A stretch of 40,254 nt of DNA, taken from the IMG/VR virus record IMGVR_UViG_3300023261_000004, positions 1 to 40,254 of that record, one strand, 5' to 3'. This stretch comes from a virus. Taxonomy: Duplodnaviria > Caudoviricetes. A program made the position numbers and the translations under genes. Shown in pieces: positions 16,764 through 25,016 of the stretch; position 1 is the stretch's first letter; every line of letters begins with the position of its first letter. The notes under the pieces were generated by a model that was given only the letters and a program-made list of their open reading frames with translations, was not told the DNA's origin and made no database searches.

Positions 16764-16804
16764 GGGAGCATCCTTTGGATGCGAGGCGTTCGCAGGGGTG
16801 CTGT

Positions 16805-17428
16805 TCACTCCGGGGTCGTCGGGAACAGCTTGGCGATGGTGCTCTTCGCTTCGGGCGCCGAGCCTCCAACCGTAAAGCCGCCGCGGCCGTCTTCGCCCAT
16901 CGCGCGCCCGATGCGCGCCATGAACAAGGCCAGCGGCGTGTAGTTCGCCAGCGCCAGGCGGGCCACGTCCTGATCGAACCGCTGCCGCTCCGGGCTGTCC
17001 GGCGGCAGGGCGAAGTCGAGCGCGCGCTTCATGTCCCGCTGCGCAGCGTCCCGCTGGCCCCCGCCCAGTTCGGCGTGGCTGTTCAATTCGGCCGTCAGCG
17101 CCTCGTGCGTGGCCTTGCGGTCCAAGATGATGTTCCCGACCTCGCCGTCGAGGTCCTCCTGGGTCCATCCGCTGGCCGTGGCCACTTGCGCGAGACGCGC
17201 CTGGTCTTGTGCCCCGATGTAGACCTTGGCCTCGTCGGGGATGGCAAACGTGTAGGTGGCAGGCACCGCCGCAGCCGGCGCCGGAGCGGCGGGCGCAGTC
17301 GGGGCCGGGGCCGCCGCCGCCGGCACGGCCGGCGCGACTGGTGCGACCGGCGCGGCCTCCGGGGCCGGCGTCGACGCAGGAGCAGCCACGGGGGCAGGCG
17401 CAGCAGGGGCAGTCGTCTCAGGTGTCAT
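16805..17428 (-). CDS. Capsid scaffolding protein (207 aa)
   Basis: Ala/Pro-rich N-terminus, P..YTF.IPD, F.ARIGRAMGED, C-terminal AKLF; directly upstream of the MCP. Confidence 0.8.
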   Translation of the reverse strand: MTPETTAPAAPAPVAAPASTPAPEAAPVAPVAPAVPAAAAPAPTAPAAPAPAAAVPATYTFAIPDEAKVYIGAQDQARLAQVATASGWTQEDLDGEVGNIILDRKATHEALTAELNSHAELGGGQRDAAQRDMKRALDFALPPDSPERQRFDQDVARLALANYTPLALFMARIGRAMGEDGRGGFTVGGSAPEAKSTIAKLFPTTPE

Positions 17429-17431
17429 AGA

Positions 17432-17803
17432 TCACTCGTGCTCGTGGGTCGGGGTCCGCATCGAGTCGGCCTCGACCAGTAGTTGCCGCATCTTGGTCCG
17501 GGCCTCGGCGCGCAGTTGCATCACCGCGTTCTCGTCCACGTCGTCGATCGCGCCCCAGAGGTAGCGCCCGACCGACTGCCGCCCGGTGCGACAGGCCAAT
17601 TCCATCGGGTCAGGGATATACACGTCGCTGAACACACCGCTCTGGTCGAGAATGCGGAACAGCACCCGCCGCACCTCGGCAATCTTCAGCGCCACCACCA
17701 GGTCGTTCCGCTCGAGGCGCTGCCGCAATTCCTCCATGCGCGCGCCGGCCGCCACGTCCTGCGGGTCCGCGGCATTGAACGACGGCAGGTCCGGGCGCGG
17801 CAC
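17432..17803 (-). CDS. Bbp19-like head-assembly protein (123 aa)
   Basis: EVRRVLFRILDQSGVF....ACRTGRQSVG motif; between portal and scaffold. Confidence 0.75.
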   Translation of the reverse strand: MPRPDLPSFNAADPQDVAAGARMEELRQRLERNDLVVALKIAEVRRVLFRILDQSGVFSDVYIPDPMELACRTGRQSVGRYLWGAIDDVDENAVMQLRAEARTKMRQLLVEADSMRTPTHEHE

Positions 17804-19531
17804 CTACATCACTCCGTTGAGGATCGCGTCGAGTGGCGAGCCTTCGGCCATCGGCTGGGCCGTGGTGGCCTGCACGGCGCTGGCCGCATCCTTCATGGCC
17901 GCCGCCCCCTGCATCGCCTGCTGGCCCTGGTTCGCCTGCTGCTCGCGCGCGGCGGCTTCCTCGTCCGTATTCAAGGTCCTGGGGTCGGTGCCGAGCGCTT
18001 CCTGATAGTTCTCGAGAATCTGGTTGAAGTTCACCTTGTGCAGCACCGCCGGCACGACCGGCGCCATCGCCAGCACCGTCTGCGTGAACCGGTCCAGGCT
18101 CGACACGCCCACCAGCTTCTGCGCCTGCGCCAGAATGCTCACGTATTCGACGCGCAGCTTGACGTCTTCGATGTCCGGGGGCGCCTCCGGCAACAGCCCG
18201 GCGCGGCCCATCATCCCGAACAGCCGGTCGATCATCGGGTTGAGTAACTCATCGTTCGTGCGCTCCAGCACCGGCCCGAGCGCGATCAGCTTTTCTTCGT
18301 GCCGCTCTTCCACCTCGCGCGCCGTGATCGGCTGCCCCATGCGCTCGCTCTGCGCCAGCATCAGGAACAGGTCTTCGAAGAAGCCTCTGCGGATCAGATA
18401 GCGCGTCTCCTCCGCGTCCTGCGTCAGGTGCTGGTAGCCCTCGAGGCGCGGCTCGTGCACCGGCATGAAGCTCTTGTTGGCGTCCAGCCCATCGACATAC
18501 GTGATGTCCCCGGCCAGCAGGCTCACCTTCTGCGTGCGCAACGAGCTCGGGCCTTTCATCGGCGGGTCGACCGCTTTCTCGACCAGTTGGCCCTTGCGGA
18601 TCATCATCGTTTGCAGCTGCTTCACGTCCCCCAGCACCGTCTGCCCCGGGCTGTCCGTCGCATACGAGTCCTCGCCGGTGATCTCCCAGCGCGGACAGAA
18701 GATCGGAAACTCGTGGAACCCCGACTCGCGCAGGAACTGCACGTCCGGGCGCTCGAGCCCCACCACCCAGTAGCACGAAGTCCACGGCAGGTTCCCGGCC
18801 CACGGGCGCGTGCCATCCGCGTGGTCGTTCGGCTTGATCAGGTGGCAGATGTCAAAGGTGGTTTCATACTCCGACCGGTCCCAGGCCGTCTGCACCTCGC
18901 GCGGCAGCCGACTGCGGTCCAGGCCGCGGGCACCGGTGGCCGCGAAGATCTCGACGATCTGCCGCACGCTCAGTCGATACTCGCGCACGAACGTCGACAC
19001 TCGCCCGCGCGCGTCGAGACTCACCGCATACGTGCCCGCGGCGTAGACGTAACTCCGCACCAGGTCCTGATCGTCATCGAACAGCGCCATCGGTGAGACA
19101 CCGAACAGCCCGTAGTCCAGATACAGACTGTGCAGCCCGTTGTAGGTGTTGCTGCCGGCGAGCACCGCATACATGCGCTGCGTGACGATGTGCAGCCACT
19201 CCTTCACCGGGCCGAATTCCGCCAGGTCGGGGTCCGGCGTGCCCAGCTTGAACCAGGGCCTGGCTGGCGACGTGATGCCGGCGTGCAGGCCCGACTGCAG
19301 GGTCTTCGCCGCGAACTTCGCCGTGCTGTCGACAATGCTCTGGTTGGTCTTCGTGCCCTTGTTCGTGTCGCTGGTCGACCCGCGGTAGCGGCGGGGGTAG
19401 ATGTATTCGGCGATCTCGCGCCAGTGGCTGTCCCAGCCGCCACCGCGCCGAGCCGACACCATCGCCGCGCGCATCTTCTCGTAGCGCTGCCGCCGCTGCA
19501 GCGGGTTCTCCCCGTCGTATAACCCGGCCAT
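17804..19531 (-). CDS. Portal (head-to-tail connector), 575 aa
   Basis: W.EIAEYIYP, L.SGL..GITSPARPWF.L, PRW......Y..SPG, TAREVEERHEEKL..LGPVLER..DELLNP.IDR, VEYVSILAQAQK. Confidence 0.95.
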   Translation of the reverse strand: MAGLYDGENPLQRRQRYEKMRAAMVSARRGGGWDSHWREIAEYIYPRRYRGSTSDTNKGTKTNQSIVDSTAKFAAKTLQSGLHAGITSPARPWFKLGTPDPDLAEFGPVKEWLHIVTQRMYAVLAGSNTYNGLHSLYLDYGLFGVSPMALFDDDQDLVRSYVYAAGTYAVSLDARGRVSTFVREYRLSVRQIVEIFAATGARGLDRSRLPREVQTAWDRSEYETTFDICHLIKPNDHADGTRPWAGNLPWTSCYWVVGLERPDVQFLRESGFHEFPIFCPRWEITGEDSYATDSPGQTVLGDVKQLQTMMIRKGQLVEKAVDPPMKGPSSLRTQKVSLLAGDITYVDGLDANKSFMPVHEPRLEGYQHLTQDAEETRYLIRRGFFEDLFLMLAQSERMGQPITAREVEERHEEKLIALGPVLERTNDELLNPMIDRLFGMMGRAGLLPEAPPDIEDVKLRVEYVSILAQAQKLVGVSSLDRFTQTVLAMAPVVPAVLHKVNFNQILENYQEALGTDPRTLNTDEEAAAREQQANQGQQAMQGAAAMKDAASAVQATTAQPMAEGSPLDAILNGVM

Positions 19532-19794
19532 CAGAGCCCGCCGGGCGTGCGCCGGATGCCCTGCTGGGCCCCGAGGGCCGGCCGGGCCGTGATCGCATTG
19601 AACGGGCGCGCGCGCCGGCGCCTGTATTCACTGCGCGCCACCTGGCCGGCCGCCTGCGCGAAGGCCTCGGTATAGAGCGCGCCCGGGGGCGGGGCCGGCG
19701 GCGGACCCAGCCGGGCGAATTCCGCCTCGCTCGCCGCGGCCTCTTCGGCCCGGTGCCGCGCCTTCCGTCGATGGATCGCACTGAACGCCGGCAT
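19531..19794 (-). CDS. Small basic pre-portal protein (87 aa, starts MPAFS)
   Basis: TGATG overlap with the portal start; position typical of small T7 gp6.7/7.3-like virion proteins. Confidence 0.65.
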   Translation of the reverse strand: MPAFSAIHRRKARHRAEEAAASEAEFARLGPPPAPPPGALYTEAFAQAAGQVARSEYRRRRARPFNAITARPALGAQQGIRRTPGGL

Positions 19795-19797
19795 GGC

Positions 19798-20043
19798 TCA
19801 GTACCGCGGAGCGCTGCCGGTGGTGCCGCTCATGGTGCCGCCGGCCAGGGGCGACTCGCCTTGTTGCGGTTGGTAGGGCTTCTTCGGCCGGCGCCGGATC
19901 CAGTTGGGCAACTGGCGGGCCAGGTTGGCCGCCACACCGATCGGCTGGAGGCGTCCGCCCCACGGGGTCATGCCGCCCTGGCCGCGCCCGCCGGCCACCA
20001 ACTGCCCGATCCCGCCCCCGAACCCGCCACTGAATGCCGGCAT
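19798..20043 (-). CDS. Small Gly-rich protein (81 aa, starts MPAFS)
   Basis: TAATG overlap with the GNAT stop; GAGG SD. Confidence 0.6.
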   Translation of the reverse strand: MPAFSGGFGGGIGQLVAGGRGQGGMTPWGGRLQPIGVAANLARQLPNWIRRRPKKPYQPQQGESPLAGGTMSGTTGSAPRY

Positions 20044-20513
20044 TAGAACCTCTTGATCAACGCCTCTTCGGCGAGCTCATACCCACTGTGGCGCAGCCAC
20101 CGCCCGAACCCCGAGCGCGGAGGCGCGGTCATTTTAAGCACAGCGGCCCCTACTTGTTGTGCCCAATTTTCAGACGCCGCAATGAGTAGTGGCCCCGCGC
20201 GGGTGTCCCGGCGCGCTTCCGGCTCGACCCAGATGCCCGTTTCATCGACCCAGACCCCGCCCGTAAACGGGTTCGTGACCCGCAACAACGCCGCGAACCC
20301 GACCGCCACGCCCTCGGTGTCGAAGGCCAGGATCACCGTGCCCATGGCCGCGGCCTCGAGCTCGAGGATCGCCGCCTGCACCCGCAGCAGCGTCGGCTCA
20401 CCGCCCATCAACCGGCCGGTCGGCGTCTCCTGAATGAACCGCAGCCCCATGCGTCCGACCAGCGCCAGGTCGGAGCCGGCCGGGTTCCACGTTCGCAACC
20501 GCACATCACGCAT
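20043..20513 (-). CDS. GNAT-family acetyltransferase (156 aa)
   Basis: AVGFAAL..ETGIWVEPEARR.TRAGPLLI.ASENWAQQVGA..L.M...L...GY...E motif A/B pattern. Confidence 0.8.
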   Translation of the reverse strand: MRDVRLRTWNPAGSDLALVGRMGLRFIQETPTGRLMGGEPTLLRVQAAILELEAAAMGTVILAFDTEGVAVGFAALLRVTNPFTGGVWVDETGIWVEPEARRDTRAGPLLIAASENWAQQVGAAVLKMTAPPRSGFGRWLRHSGYELAEEALIKRF

Positions 20514-20592
20514 GGAGGCAGCCCCGTCCGAACAGCACCAGCCACACCGCAAAGAAAGCCGCCACCAGCCCCAGGACCAGGCCCTGGACCAC
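20506..20592 (-). CDS. Possible 28-aa membrane peptide (VVQGLVLGLVAAFFAVWLVLFGRGCLHA)
   Basis: Fills the terL-GNAT gap; stop overlaps the GNAT start; start codon uncertain. Confidence 0.4.
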   Translation of the reverse strand: MVQGLVLGLVAAFFAVWLVLFGRGCLHA

Positions 20593-20617
20593 GGCCCAGT
20601 CCGGGCCCGTCCAGCGC

Positions 20618-22123
20618 TTACTCCGCGAACGGCGTAACACGCACCCGCTCCGGTTGGTTGTGCTCGAGGTCCCGGGCCGTGAACGGGTTGCGGTCCCGCA
20701 AGACCTTGCCGCCGCCGGCCATCGGGAACGCCACGCCCAGCGCCGGCTGGTCCGGCTCGTCATAGGTGTTGCTCAAGGCGTCCGCCAGGTCCGGCGAGAA
20801 CCCGAGGCGCTCCTTCACGAGCTCTTTCGGCTCAAGCACGAACTGCCCGCCCAGGAACGTGTAGGTGATCTCGGTGAGCTCGGGCACCATCTCCGGCAGG
20901 TTCGGCAGCCGCCCGCCGTGCCGCACCCCCTCGGCCATCTTCAGCCAGTTGTGACTGCGCCGGTTCTTGTACTGCGGCAAGACCGCCGGCGCACTGTATT
21001 GGATCGGCACCGCCGGCCACCCGCCCGTGTTCAACTGGTCGAAGACCCCGTGGCCCCAGTGCCCGGTGTCGTCAATAAAGATCCGCTCCACCGGCACGTC
21101 GTCGAGCGCGGTCCAGCGCTCGCAGTTGTGCGCCACCCGCCCCGCGATCTGCGTCGTGTCGGCGTTGCGCATGATGACCGGCTGCCAGTTCATGGGCCCT
21201 TGCCTGGGCCAGATCACCGTGCGATCGTCGCCAAACCGCGCCACGTCCACCCCGAGGCGCTTCTGGAACCAGGTGTATTGGACCGGGTCCAGCTTGCGCT
21301 GCATGGCGCGCTGCACCTCTTCGACGCCCAGCAAGGCGTTGATGCTGACCGGCGGGAATTCCCCGAACACATTCACCAGCACCCAGGGATTCTCGCGTCC
21401 ATACTGCGCGATCATCTCGCGCGCCCACTTCACGCTGATGCGCGGGCTGCGCATCGGACTGTCCGGGTCCCCGGTGATCGTCACCACCTGCCACAGCGTC
21501 CGGTCCACCGTGCAGGCTCTATACAAGGGTCCCGTCGTATGCGTGGGGTTGCCGCTGATCAGCAGTTTGGCTTCCCCGTGCTCCGCGTTGGCCAGGATCG
21601 CCTCGAGCGCCACCAGCACCGACTGCGGCACGCCCCCCGCCTCATCCACCACGCCCATGACGTGCGTGGCGTGCAGGCCGGCCAAGGCGTCGGCTTGTTG
21701 CTGCTGGTCCCCGTGCTTGGGCCACGTCCGCAGCTGCGCCCACCACGACTGCGGGTGGCGCTTGTTCACAACGGCGGTCTTGGTCCAGGCCAGCGTCTCC
21801 ATGCAGAACTGGCTCTTGGACAGCCAGGTGTAGAGCTCCGGCCACAAGTTGGCCCTGATGTTCGCCTCGGTGATCGACGTGCAGCCGATGCGGCAGTGCG
21901 GGCGGGTCATCAGGAACCAGAGAATGATCCAGGCCAAGCAGGCCGTCTTCCCCGGGCCCTTGCACGCCTTGAACGCCAGGCGCTCCGTCTCGGGCTGGGC
22001 GATGAGGCGCAGGCCCTCGAGTTGCCACGCGTCCGGTTCCGCCTTGAACGCCTCGCGCACCATGGACCACGGCTGATCCCGCCACCGGTGCAGCGTGGCC
22101 TGGATCAGCCGTTCGTCCGTCAT
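20618..22123 (-). CDS. terL: Terminase large subunit (501 aa)
   Basis: PDAWQ, KACKGPGKT Walker A, GLHA..V..VVDEAGG Walker B, GNPT, GVDVARFGDDRTV nuclease motif, SPDLADAL. Confidence 0.95.
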   Translation of the reverse strand: MTDERLIQATLHRWRDQPWSMVREAFKAEPDAWQLEGLRLIAQPETERLAFKACKGPGKTACLAWIILWFLMTRPHCRIGCTSITEANIRANLWPELYTWLSKSQFCMETLAWTKTAVVNKRHPQSWWAQLRTWPKHGDQQQQADALAGLHATHVMGVVDEAGGVPQSVLVALEAILANAEHGEAKLLISGNPTHTTGPLYRACTVDRTLWQVVTITGDPDSPMRSPRISVKWAREMIAQYGRENPWVLVNVFGEFPPVSINALLGVEEVQRAMQRKLDPVQYTWFQKRLGVDVARFGDDRTVIWPRQGPMNWQPVIMRNADTTQIAGRVAHNCERWTALDDVPVERIFIDDTGHWGHGVFDQLNTGGWPAVPIQYSAPAVLPQYKNRRSHNWLKMAEGVRHGGRLPNLPEMVPELTEITYTFLGGQFVLEPKELVKERLGFSPDLADALSNTYDEPDQPALGVAFPMAGGGKVLRDRNPFTARDLEHNQPERVRVTPFAE

Positions 22124-22126
22124 GCG

Positions 22127-22915
22127 CTACCGCCGCCGCTTCTGCTGCTCAGGCTCAGGCTCCGGTTCCTCGCCTCCGCCCTCGCCCTCGCCGCCTTCGC
22201 CGCCGGTCGGCGGTTCGGTCGGGGGCTGCTGCCCGCCCAGGAGGTCGCCCCAGTTGCCGCTCGCCGGCACGGCCACCCAGCCATGCAGCGGGGACCAGTG
22301 GAACACCAGCAGGCCACCAGGGCCGGGCTGGCCGGCAATGGGCTGACCGGGCACCGGGGGCGTCTCAGGATGCCCGCCCGCGCCGGGTTGCCACCCGACC
22401 GGGGGCCGCGGCTGTCCCGGCAGACTCGGCCAGTTCCCCGGCAGGTTCGGCCAGCCCGCGATCGGGGGTCCGCCCCATCCGCCCTCGCCTCCCGGCAACG
22501 ACCCACCCGGCCACCCAGGCACAGTCGGCCAACCGGCGATCGGGGGCGGTTGCGGCCGTGGCGGTCCCGGCAGGCTGGGCCAGTTTCCAGGCACGCCCGG
22601 CCACCCGGCCACGGGCGGACCGCCCCAGCCCCCTTCGCCACCCGGCAGGCTACCACCGGGCCAGCCTGGCACCGTGGGCCAGCCAGCAATGGGCGGGGGC
22701 TGCGGTCTGGGCGGACCGGGCAAGGACGGCCAATTGCCGGGGACAGACGGCCAGCCCGCCACCGGGGGACCGCCCCACCCACCTTCACCACCGGGCAGAC
22801 TGCCGCCAGGCCATCCCGGCACGGTCGGCCACCCCGGCCGCGGTGGCTCGGGCTGCGGGCCAGGTCCGTCTTCGGTGACCATGATCCCGGTGATCACCAC
22901 ACGTAGTTGTGCCAT
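22127..22915 (-). CDS. Pro/Gly/Trp-rich repeat protein (262 aa)
   Basis: AAAGGA SD; three 50-aa repeats; C-terminal LLVFHWSPLHGWVAVP motif and acidic tail. Confidence 0.8.
   Translation of the reverse strand: MAQLRVVITGIMVTEDGPGPQPEPPRPGWPTVPGWPGGSLPGGEGGWGGPPVAGWPSVPGNWPSLPGPPRPQPPPIAGWPTVPGWPGGSLPGGEGGWGGPPVAGWPGVPGNWPSLPGPPRPQPPPIAGWPTVPGWPGGSLPGGEGGWGGPPIAGWPNLPGNWPSLPGQPRPPVGWQPGAGGHPETPPVPGQPIAGQPGPGGLLVFHWSPLHGWVAVPASGNWGDLLGGQQPPTEPPTGGEGGEGEGGGEEPEPEPEQQKRRR
22400..22834 (-). repeat. Three tandem 150-nt coding repeats (units start at 22834, 22684, 22534), synonymously diverged
   Basis: Unit GWPTVPGWPGGSLPGGEGGWGGPPVAGWPxVPGNWPSLPGPPRPQPPPIA; third unit slightly truncated. Confidence 0.9.
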
Positions 22916-22943
22916 AGCGGTCGGTCCTTTCAAGTCGAAACAG

Positions 22944-23093
22944 TTAGCGGTTAATGGGAGCGTATTGCACGAGCCAGGCAACGCACAGCACCAACACCGG
23001 CACCCACAGCGGCACGTAGCTCGGACGCGCGGCGTGCACCAGGGTCATGATCAAGGCCGCCAACACCAGCACGCCCGTGATCGAAATAGGCAT
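22944..23093 (-). CDS. 49-aa two-TM membrane protein (holin-like candidate)
   Basis: MPISITGVLVLAALIMTLVHAARPSYVPLWVPVLVLCVAWLVQYAPINR, two hydrophobic stretches. Confidence 0.6.
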   Translation of the reverse strand: MPISITGVLVLAALIMTLVHAARPSYVPLWVPVLVLCVAWLVQYAPINR

Positions 23094-23098
23094 GGCCG

Positions 23099-23344
23099 TC
23101 AGAGCGTGACGTTGTGGCGCTTCTGGAGGTCTTGCCCGAACGCGCGCTGCACCTCGTAGAGGTCGTTGCCGTTGCGCACGCGCTGCTCGAGTTGCTGGTC
23201 GTCGTCGCTCGTCCACGCAATGCCGTAATACTGGTAGTAAGCCAGCATCATTGCGCCCGTCGCGTCGAACTTCTCCTGCGTGTTGATCGGGATCGGCGTG
23301 CCCTGGTGCGTCAAGTCGCCTGGGTTGCTGAAGTCAATCGCCAT
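23099..23344 (-). CDS. Hypothetical protein (81 aa)
   Basis: AAAGGA SD, strong G/C third-position bias. Confidence 0.7.
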   Translation of the reverse strand: MAIDFSNPGDLTHQGTPIPINTQEKFDATGAMMLAYYQYYGIAWTSDDDQQLEQRVRNGNDLYEVQRAFGQDLQKRHNVTL

Positions 23345-23355
23345 GGCGGATCCTT

Positions 23356-23586
23356 TCAGTGTTTCAGGAGGTAGACCGTGTCATTCGCGCGGAGAATGAT
23401 GCTCGAGCCGGGCTGCGTCAGGTAGTAGCAGCAGGCCGGCTTGTTCGCCTCGAGCGTGGCATCCGACAGCGTGTATTTGATCGGCGCGGCCCAACTGCGC
23501 CCGCTGGGCCAGGCGTAGTCCGGCGTCGTCATGGCCAACTGCACCGCGGCGAGGTAGGGGATGAGCAGCGCCAGCGTATCGATCAC
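23356..23586 (-). CDS. Hypothetical protein (76 aa), hydrophobic N-terminus
   Basis: GTG start after the upstream stop; fills the gap in a packed operon. Confidence 0.55.
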   Translation of the reverse strand: MIDTLALLIPYLAAVQLAMTTPDYAWPSGRSWAAPIKYTLSDATLEANKPACCYYLTQPGSSIILRANDTVYLLKH

Positions 23587-23596
23587 GGAGCGCAGT

Positions 23597-23725
23597 CTAC
23601 AACGGGCCCAGCAGGGCATAGGCTTGGATCAACAGCCACAGCACCAGCACCACCGCCGCCAGCGCGCCGGCCAGGACCAGCACCACCAGGCCAATGGAGG
23701 CTTTTGGCCGCGCCGGCTCGGTCAT
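23597..23725 (-). CDS. 42-aa single-TM peptide (MTEPARPKASIGLVVLVLAGALAAVVLVLWLLIQAYALLGPL)
   Basis: TGATG overlap with the terS stop; translated by hand. Confidence 0.6.
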   Translation of the reverse strand: MTEPARPKASIGLVVLVLAGALAAVVLVLWLLIQAYALLGPL

Positions 23726-24288
23726 CACGAGGTCGGCTCTGGCAGGCCCAGGTCCCCGCGCAGCGCGCGCGCCAGGACTGAGAGCTCTTCGGACAGGGGA
23801 GATTTCAGCTTGCCGGTGAGCTCGAGAATGGTGCGCCGAGCGTGCAGCTTCGACACCAGCTTGACCTTGAACCCGTCCTTGGTCCGCTCATAGGCTTCGA
23901 CGCTCGAGGCGATCGTTTCGGGCCAGTGCTGCGGGGGCAGTGGGTTGCCGTATTCGTCGAACAATTCGCGGATGTCGCTCTTGGCATCCTGGGCCAGCCG
24001 GCCCAGCGCCTCGGCCCCCGACATGCCCGCCGCTTCAAAGGCTTTCGTGACCTGGCGATGGACGTAAGCCCTCACGTGTGGTTTAGCTAGCGTGCAGCTA
24101 CCTTCGGTGCGGCAGGTATCGAATGAGGCGTCGGCATGGAGCGAGCGCCACGCACCCGCCCCGTTGAACCCATTGCTGAGATAGGCCACGCAGAACGCCT
24201 TTTCACGCAGGCTCAGGCCGTCCCCGTCGACGAGTTCCACGCGGGCCTGGCGGGGCTTGCGGGCGTATTTCCGTTTGGCCTTAGTCAT
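23725..24288 (-). CDS. terS: Terminase small subunit (187 aa)
   Basis: LSLREKAFCVAYLSNGFNG..A HTH, LAKPHVRAYV, A.SDIRELFDE.G, KVKLVSK..A...LEL.G (Terminase_2-like). Confidence 0.85.
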   Translation of the reverse strand: MTKAKRKYARKPRQARVELVDGDGLSLREKAFCVAYLSNGFNGAGAWRSLHADASFDTCRTEGSCTLAKPHVRAYVHRQVTKAFEAAGMSGAEALGRLAQDAKSDIRELFDEYGNPLPPQHWPETIASSVEAYERTKDGFKVKLVSKLHARRTILELTGKLKSPLSEELSVLARALRGDLGLPEPTS

Positions 24289-25012
24289 GGCACAGACACT
24301 CCATCAGGTCAGGGTGGTCGTCCAGGCCGACGAACAGGTCGCCCTGCGCGGCTAGCGCGGCGTAGCTGGGCGCGTCAGCACGGAAGGTGCCGCCGATCCG
24401 CCGCTCTTGCTCGATCCACCACCCGGCGAGGTCGGGCCGGTCACGAATGATCTGGCGACGTTTCCCCGTGCCTTTGAGAAAACAGAGGTCGCAGTTGCCT
24501 TCGTGCGGGCGTAGGTGGAGCGTGAAGGGTTGCGCGGCCCAGAAGGCCCACACGTCCGCGAGGGTCACACCGGCTTCAGCCAGGGGCACGTCGATGTCCC
24601 ACTCGTCGCTCGACGCACCGCGCAACCGGGCCACGCGACGAGGCTCATCCGCGCGCAGGCCCACCGCATTCGTCCAGTGCGCGTAGCCGTGGGCGCGCAT
24701 GTAGTCGCGCATCGGCTTGATCTTCAATTCCTGGGTGCAGAACCGCGCCACCGGGTTGGGCAGGAAGTGCTTATCGGTGATCAGTTGCGTGAAGTAACCC
24801 GGCCGATGCACGGTCACAATCTCGACGCCCCAGTGCGCAGCACAGTCGGCCACGAACGCATAGGTTTCGGCACGCTCCTGGCCCGTGTCGGCAAAGACGA
24901 CGTGAACATCCGGGCGCAGGCCCACGTCGAGCAGTTGCCGCAGCATATAGGCAGAGGTCAGACCCCCAGAAAACGACACCAGTGCCGGCCCGTCAATGGC
25001 GTAGGGGGTCAT
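24281..25012 (-). CDS. Phage PAPS-reductase-like (PP-loop) protein, lambda NinC-like (243 aa)
   Basis: VSFSGGLTSAYM, FADTGQE..ETY.F, RFCTQELK, GLRADEPRR, GNCDLCFLKG, C-terminal CLCHD. Confidence 0.85.
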   Translation of the reverse strand: MTPYAIDGPALVSFSGGLTSAYMLRQLLDVGLRPDVHVVFADTGQERAETYAFVADCAAHWGVEIVTVHRPGYFTQLITDKHFLPNPVARFCTQELKIKPMRDYMRAHGYAHWTNAVGLRADEPRRVARLRGASSDEWDIDVPLAEAGVTLADVWAFWAAQPFTLHLRPHEGNCDLCFLKGTGKRRQIIRDRPDLAGWWIEQERRIGGTFRADAPSYAALAAQGDLFVGLDDHPDLMECLCHD

Positions 25013-25016
25013 CCGC

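Noticed and set aside
16764-17168. Longer 510-aa version of the MCP (and ORF-track 5' extensions of dnaB, the helicase, cement and GT-like genes)
   Set aside because: The extensions overlap upstream genes out of frame; SD sequences and stop/start overlaps support the shorter starts.
22400-22834. Repeats as a CRISPR array or diversity-generating retroelement
   Set aside because: They are 150-nt coding repeats without spacers. No reverse transcriptase or adenine-specific TR/VR pair was seen, despite the BPP-1-like structural genes.
24281-25012. PAPS reductase as an auxiliary sulfur-metabolism gene or a Dnd system
   Set aside because: It matches the common phage NinC-like PP-loop family; no cys or dnd partner genes are present.
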